Virus record (IMG/VR): IMGVR_UViG_2651869781_000010
Origin: a virus
Taxonomy: Duplodnaviria > Heunggongvirae > Uroviricota > Caudoviricetes
DNA: 9,320 nt
Direction: 5' to 3' (one strand)
Positions 1 to 4,318 of the stretch are shown in pieces. The notes below the pieces were generated by a model that ran no database searches, was not told where the DNA came from, and saw nothing but the letters and a program-made list of their open reading frames with translations. Numbering within the stretch: position 1 is the stretch's first letter; each line of letters starts with the position of its first letter. Both the position numbers and the translations under genes were made by a program.

Positions 1-774
1 TATGTCAAAATTATCAAAATCGAAAGAATTGATTTTCTCATTAAATTCATCAAATTCCGCTTGTTTGATGCTTAATAAATCAGTTAACACCTCTTCTTCA
101 TCACCAACAAAGTTACCTACCTTTTCAATTAACTCTGATAACTTTTGTTTGTTTTTTTCTATTTCGTCACTAAGCTCATAATTACGAATTAAATTAGCAC
201 TATCAAACCCAAGCAGGTGACCTATGTATGGTTTCCAAAAAATGTGTTTTCCAATAAAATCTTTTAATCTAAATACATCAGTATAATCATCTTGCCCACG
301 CAGTGAATAGCCTAAGGCAGTCCGATAATCCCAACGCTTAATTACACTTAAATCAAAAAGTGCATCCAAACACTCTTTCGACCTCTCAAAGGGTAGCTCT
401 GGATAGTCCCATTCACTAACTGCTAAATCAGTAAAGTCTTGATGCTTCTGCTCATGTTTTATAATACTTATTTTTGTAGGTGAGGCAACTGAGCGACGAA
501 TCGTTACATAACCCCCTGAGTTAAGAGCCACTTCTAGATAAAAAACAAAACTCTCAAAAACATTAAAATTTTTAAATAAAAAATGATTTTTATTTTTTTT
601 CTTAAGTAAACAAAAATCTATTAGATCACATAATTTACTTTTCCCTAAATTATGCGTATCTTTGCCTCTATTCTCAGAACGTCTTATTTCACCGATAACT
701 ACATTAAGCCCATCATGAAACTTTATAGGACTAAAAACATCTTTTTTATTAGAGTAAATTTTTGATAGTTTCAT
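1..774 (-). CDS. ABC/SMC-type ATPase, N-terminal 258 codons only (gene continues past window start); candidate ATPase subunit of a Lamassu/ABC-3C-like system
   Basis: Hand translation of the minus strand from ATG at 774..772 gives MKLSKIYSNKKDVFSPIKFHDGLNVVIGEIRRSENRGKDTHNLGKSKLCDLIDFCLL..., which resembles the N-terminus of OLD/ABC-family ATPases (LNVxIGE ... GKS ... LIDF). The frame stays open to position 1. The ATG overlaps the TGA of the upstream 79-aa ORF (ATGA). The P-loop is non-canonical, with about 11 extra residues between GE and GKS. This ORF is absent from the supplied track because it is truncated. Confidence 0.55.
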   Translation of the reverse strand, partial: MKLSKIYSNKKDVFSPIKFHDGLNVVIGEIRRSENRGKDTHNLGKSKLCDLIDFCLLKKKNKNHFLFKNFNVFESFVFYLEVALNSGGYVTIRRSVASPTKISIIKHEQKHQDFTDLAVSEWDYPELPFERSKECLDALFDLSVIKRWDYRTALGYSLRGQDDYTDVFRLKDFIGKHIFWKPYIGHLLGFDSANLIRNYELSDEIEKNKQKLSELIEKVGNFVGDEEEVLTDLLSIKQAEFDEFNEKINSFDFDNFDI

Positions 775-1010
775 TTTTTAACCCACTCAATCAAATCATT
801 TTTAGAATGATATTCGATCAGACCTAATAAATATAACAAACCTAGTGCGGGGTTGAATAAGGAAATAGCTCGCTCATCATATTTCTCAAGTGCATCATAA
901 AGCTCAGCATATTTACCAAATTTAGCTTTGCGTAGCTTTTTCATTAAGAATGCAGCTACCGCCAAGACGGTCAAATCTGGATGTGAATTCTTATTAGGAA
1001 GCAAGCTCAC
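771..1010 (-). CDS. small (79 aa) helical protein, candidate middle component (LmuC/ABC-3C MC-like) of the three-gene system
   Basis: ORF from the track with GTG start at 1010..1008, preceded by AGGAG (complement of 1016-1020) at about 6 nt. It overlaps the upstream gene by 17 nt and the downstream ATPase by 4 nt (ATGA), indicating translational coupling. No recognisable catalytic motif. The functional label rests on size and position only. Confidence 0.55.
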   Translation of the reverse strand: MSLLPNKNSHPDLTVLAVAAFLMKKLRKAKFGKYAELYDALEKYDERAISLFNPALGLLYLLGLIEYHSKNDLIEWVKK

Positions 1011-1941
1011 AGCTATCTCCTATATCACAATTATAATACATATAGTAAACCATTATTCTTGTTAATTTTTTATTTTTGTGCAGATCTGAATCCCTTGCAA
1101 TCAGTAGTTCAATCATCACCTCGAGAATTCGATCAAAATCATGATAATCCTTTTTATAAACACATATTTTAGCTGCAAGCTCATCTGCGCTTTCAATATA
1201 TTTTTTTTGATATGCGCTATTATCAGGATGAGATAAAAAATCCGAAATTTCAGTAATCTCAGCGATTTTTTTCTTAATAAGCTCAGCGTAACTGTTGCTT
1301 AAGTTATTTATTTTATTTTTCTGTAGAAAATCCACTCTAAAAATATGTGATGAAATAGTCTTATCTGTTAATTTACCAAGAGATGTATTTATACCTATAA
1401 TAACTTCTGCCAGTTGTTCTGGATCGATATTAATAAGCACATCGAATGGGTTAAGACCGGCCATTTCAGGCACATGTGGAAATACCTTAAAGTACCTCTC
1501 CATAGTTTCTATCCCAATCAACCCTATGTTGAATTTATCTAACCCGGTTTGGGTACTTATAAAATCCAGAATGTTTTTATTTGCCTCAGCAGGTAGTCGT
1601 CTATTGGCAAACAACAAATAATTATTAATTTTATCTTCATCAATTAATTTTTGTATTTTTGGTAATTCTACATTCAAAACTGAGGTTGTATTACCAAAGA
1701 AATCAGCATCAGAAAATTTTCTGTTATGATTTATAGTATGCTTAGCCTGTATTATGGTTAAACCATCCCATGGCCTGGCTTTACTAGGGTATGCTTCAGC
1801 TACACCATCGAATCTTGAGTCACGTCCCCCATCCCGCCCATCAGCAAAGGATTGAGTTCCTATGCCTAAAAGATCATAGCAAAGGTAAACAACTAGGGTT
1901 TCAAATTGAAATGCCGATAAACTGCAGTAGTCATATTTCAT
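994..1941 (-). CDS. 315-aa protein with N-terminal Mrr-like PD-(D/E)xK nuclease motif plus a C-terminal helical domain of about 200 aa; candidate effector (LmuA-like)
   Basis: ATG at 1941..1939. The N-terminal segment ...SFADGRDGGRDSRFDG...(about 20 aa)...LTIIQAKH carries a DGGxD ... QxK pattern typical of the Mrr catalytic/restriction-endonuclease fold. It is the first gene of three overlapping genes. AT-rich codon usage matches the two downstream genes. Confidence 0.65.
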   Translation of the reverse strand: MKYDYCSLSAFQFETLVVYLCYDLLGIGTQSFADGRDGGRDSRFDGVAEAYPSKARPWDGLTIIQAKHTINHNRKFSDADFFGNTTSVLNVELPKIQKLIDEDKINNYLLFANRRLPAEANKNILDFISTQTGLDKFNIGLIGIETMERYFKVFPHVPEMAGLNPFDVLINIDPEQLAEVIIGINTSLGKLTDKTISSHIFRVDFLQKNKINNLSNSYAELIKKKIAEITEISDFLSHPDNSAYQKKYIESADELAAKICVYKKDYHDFDRILEVMIELLIARDSDLHKNKKLTRIMVYYMYYNCDIGDSCELAS

Positions 1942-1992
1942 GACTGTACCTTATTAAAAGTCAGCAGAATTGGAAAAAACATTAAGTTTGAA

Positions 1993-2022
1993 ATCATATA
2001 ATTGCCACTGAAATAATTTCAA
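1993..2022 (-). promoter_or_regulatory. candidate sigma70 promoter for the cargo operon
   Basis: On the minus strand: TTGAAA (2022..2017), a 16-18 nt spacer, then TATATG/TATGAT (2000..1993), about 55 nt upstream of the ATG at 1941. Found by eye in AT-rich DNA, so a chance match is plausible. Confidence 0.3.
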
Positions 2023-2300
2023 CAATCAACTTAATACTCAAAAATTTCAATGTGTTACTTTACCGCACAATGACGCAATAAACTCTGCAAAAAATCTATA
2101 AACGCATTTTTTTTGACAACTCGCACAGCCCCGCACGCCTGCCCGCTTCGCTTAACAGACTGGTTTTCATGCACCTCATAAATCGTCTCAGAAGCCACCA
2201 CACAAGGGCTTTCTCGTCAAAAATGGTGCATAAGGCTCATGCGTTTTCATGCGCCATAGACATGCACTCATGCGCTCTCAGGCCAGCCAGGGAAAAGGTG

Positions 2301-2328
2301 TTAAAAATCCCGGTACTTGACCGGGATT
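2301..2328 (-). terminator. Rho-independent terminator candidate downstream of the ogr gene
   Basis: Perfect 9-bp inverted repeat AATCCCGGT (2306-2314) / ACCGGGATT (2320-2328) with a 5-nt loop. On the minus strand the stem is followed by TTTAA, giving an AUUUUUAA run. It lies about 20 nt after the ogr stop at 2349. Confidence 0.45.
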
Positions 2329-2348
2329 ACGTGGGCATTTTTTTCTAA

Positions 2349-2621
2349 TCAGACAGGAATCTGCTGACGGCTTGACAGTTTTGACGCGGAGCCATAGCGA
2401 TTGAGCGTTTGCTGTTGTTTTACCGGGGCTTGTGATTTGTCTGGTTCCTGTTCATTGCGCCGGGGTTTCATGATTATCTTATCCACACTCTCCAGTGCCG
2501 TAAATGTGCAGGAACATTCCAGATTCTGGCACTGATACCACGAGCGTTTAACTGACGGAGCTTCATAGGCTGCTGTTCTGGCGTGTGCAACTGTACCGCA
2601 TTCCGGACATTTAAGTGCCAT
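2349..2621 (-). CDS. ogr: Ogr/Delta-family zinc-finger late-gene transcriptional activator (90 aa from the ATG)
   Basis: MALKCPECGTVAHARTAAYEAPSVKRSWYQCQNLECSCTFTALESV... carries the exact C-x2-C-x22-C-x4-C spacing and the AHxRT / YxQCxN / TFxxxESV motifs of P2 Ogr and P4 Delta. The track ORF begins at a GTG at 2630; the ATG at 2621..2619 with AGGAG 8 nt upstream is preferred. Single-domain, not duplicated as in P4 Delta. Confidence 0.85.
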   Translation of the reverse strand: MALKCPECGTVAHARTAAYEAPSVKRSWYQCQNLECSCTFTALESVDKIIMKPRRNEQEPDKSQAPVKQQQTLNRYGSASKLSSRQQIPV

Positions 2622-2626
2622 TAATA

Positions 2627-3178
2627 TCACTCCTGTATATCGTTAATGTCATTCAGGCGTTGCTGAAAACGCAGATGTTGTGCCGGGGTGTAAGAGCCCT
2701 GGCAATCACGAATCATCCCGGGGTCTGGCATCAAACCGGATTCATCCAGGATCTCACGATAATCCCCGGCAATTTCAGGCGGTGTTATTGCCAGCTGGCG
2801 AACCAGAGCACTGCGTAATATACGGGACGCAACGTCAACCCCTCCGCGCCCCTTCAGGAACGGAGCCAGTGCAGATGTCAGGGCTGCCCCATTCGCCTGC
2901 ATAAAATTGCTGAGAGCAGCTTCTGTGCAGGCCTCCATCAATAAATGCTGCGAGTAAATGCATTCGCGAGCAGCACAGTTAATTTGCCATTTCAGCACAT
3001 CCAGACGTTCCCGCAGTAATTCGAGCTGTCGGGCATAATCTGTTGGTTTTTCTGTGGCAGCGAGGAGAGATGCTATCTGTTGTTCAACGGCTTTTCGGGT
3101 CTCACTATGTCCGGCCCACAGAATACGGGCATTCCGAAAACTGGTAAGTGCCTGGTCAGGTGTGCCTCGGGCCGTCAT
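2627..3178 (-). CDS. psu: Psu-like protein (polarity suppression / capsid decoration), 183 aa
   Basis: All-helical 183-aa protein. Segments KWQINCAARECI, FMQANGAALTSALAPFL and YTPAQHLRF resemble P4 Psu as I remember it (KWQVNQAAGRYI, FMQQHGTALAAALAPEL, FTPAQNMIF). Length is close to P4 Psu (190 aa). The ATG overlaps the stop of the upstream gene (ATGA). The comparison is from memory, not from an alignment. Confidence 0.55.
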   Translation of the reverse strand: MTARGTPDQALTSFRNARILWAGHSETRKAVEQQIASLLAATEKPTDYARQLELLRERLDVLKWQINCAARECIYSQHLLMEACTEAALSNFMQANGAALTSALAPFLKGRGGVDVASRILRSALVRQLAITPPEIAGDYREILDESGLMPDPGMIRDCQGSYTPAQHLRFQQRLNDINDIQE

Positions 3179-3918
3179 ACAGCTTTCTCCTTCTCAGCAA
3201 GTTCCTGACGAACCTTTATTTTATGCATAGCTGCCGGAGAGAGTTGATTACTGAAATCCAGACGCGCCGCATAATCCGGGGCAACTCCCGCCAGTTTAAA
3301 CACCGGGTCCTGTTCAGGCATCGCATCGTTAGCCAGAGCCGGTCTGGTGATATGTTTATGAATAAAGTCTTTCAGCACTGTGTCCGGGTCATTAACTGAA
3401 TTCACCACACCCACAACGGCACTGGCTTCCCGGCCCATTGTGGATTTAAGCAGGCTCAGCGTCTGAATAAGCGCTTTTCCATGCGACTGCATAAAATCTT
3501 CCCAGATTTGTTTTGCGCGAATATCCACAAGAATGTTATGCGCGTGGATATACTTTCCGGCTAATTCCGCAGCTTTCTGCGGCAAAAGTGCATTTTCGCT
3601 TTCCTGAGCCGCCAGCAGCTCATCAAAATCCTCAAGCGTTTCTCGTCCCAGCGCAATTTCCGTGCGCAGTTTTTTCATTTCCTTTGAGACCACGCCCTGA
3701 CTTTCACGAAACAGCGTGCGCCACTCCTCATTCAGTGTGTTCGTCGTGGCTTCCATTTCAGCGCGACGCTGGCGGATTGTCGCAATATTATCCGCTGCAG
3801 CTTTCTGCTGACGACGTGCTTCAAGCCATGCGTTTCTGGCTGTGTTCATGGTTTCCAGTGCCCGCTGCGTTACAGCCGGAAAAGTGGAAAGGTTGTTATT
3901 CACTGCGGTGTTGTTCAT
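3175..3918 (-). CDS. 247-aa coiled-coil protein, putative Sid-like capsid size-determination scaffold (assigned by size and position only)
   Basis: ATG at 3918..3916 with AGGAG 6 nt upstream. Helical, charged, Ala/Glu/Arg-rich sequence. It is the first gene of the late operon directly behind the Ogr-type promoter, and P4 Sid is 244 aa. No sequence motif was recognised. Confidence 0.4.
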   Translation of the reverse strand: MNNTAVNNNLSTFPAVTQRALETMNTARNAWLEARRQQKAAADNIATIRQRRAEMEATTNTLNEEWRTLFRESQGVVSKEMKKLRTEIALGRETLEDFDELLAAQESENALLPQKAAELAGKYIHAHNILVDIRAKQIWEDFMQSHGKALIQTLSLLKSTMGREASAVVGVVNSVNDPDTVLKDFIHKHITRPALANDAMPEQDPVFKLAGVAPDYAARLDFSNQLSPAAMHKIKVRQELAEKEKAV

Positions 3919-3952
3919 GACTTCTCCTGTCGGGTTGGTTCGTTACGTCAAT

Positions 3953-4008
3953 TGTGTCGTGGCTGACACAAGCACACTATCGGTGCTCAGTGTGTGGTGG
4001 CTGGCACA
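3953..4008 (-). promoter_or_regulatory. late promoter with two Ogr/Delta-type TGT-N12-ACA dyads (Psid-like)
   Basis: TGTGTCGTGGCTGACACA (3953-3970) and TGTGTGGTGGCTGGCACA (3991-4008) are near-identical, with centres 38 bp apart, and lie 35-90 bp upstream of the ATG at 3918. P2/P4 late promoters use a TGT-N12-ACA activator site centred near -55, and P4 late promoters have a second promoter-proximal site. Confidence 0.6.
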
Positions 4009-4096
4009 ACGGACGCTTGCGGTTATTCAGACGTGGCTATGAAAGCCAGCCAGATAAAAATACCCTCTGTTTCAGTCTGCTTTATGTCCCTGATGC

Positions 4097-4292
4097 GGTG
4101 GAACAGGTGAAACATGTGTTACTGCTTTGTTTTATAAAGCATTTATATACACTGCACCGGTGGAACATCGCGGGTAACAAGGTGGAACAGCGGATTGGCT
4201 GGCGTTACATCTGTTCCACCTCACTATTTCAGAAGGTGGAACAGGTTCAGCCCTGTAAAATACGGTTGTTCCACCTGTTTCACCTGTTACCC
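4097..4292. repeat. iteron cluster, candidate ori/crr-like replication element bound by the primase
   Basis: GGTGGAACA at 4097-4105, 4159-4167, 4181-4189 and 4235-4243. Variant GGTGAAACA at 4106-4114. Inverse copies TGTTCCACC at 4212-4220 and 4267-4275, and TGTTTCACC at 4276-4284. Close to the P4 alpha-binding octamer TGTTCACC. Located in the 400-bp non-coding gap immediately 3' of the primase gene. Confidence 0.7.
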
Positions 4293-4318
4293 TTAATAAA
4301 TAAGACTCACGCAAAGCC

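Noticed and set aside
590-1210. Homopolymeric A/T tracts (T8 at 593-600 and 1201-1208) as phase-variation switches in the cargo genes
   Set aside because: Runs of 7-8 are expected by chance in DNA this AT-rich and are shorter than typical slipped-strand contingency tracts. Noted but not supported.
1295-1621. Plus-strand 108-aa ORF inside the effector gene
   Set aside because: Antisense to the 315-aa CDS, with no RBS and a hydrophobic low-complexity translation.
1942-2100. TGT-N12-ACA late-promoter dyad upstream of the cargo operon
   Set aside because: Searched by eye; only near-misses such as TGT-N12-CAC near 2050. The cargo operon appears to use its own sigma70-like promoter rather than Ogr-dependent late control.
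2615-3920. Plus-strand ORFs 2615..2818, 2680..2904, 3148..3399, 3513..3920 and 3842..4042
   Set aside because: Antisense to the psu-like and sid-like genes or to the late promoter. The minus-strand genes have coupled starts, Shine-Dalgarno sequences and recognisable motifs.
4097-4292. Possible CRISPR array
   Set aside because: The repeats are only 9 bp, irregularly spaced and in both orientations, which is iteron behaviour. No CRISPR-like repeat-spacer periodicity exists anywhere in the window.
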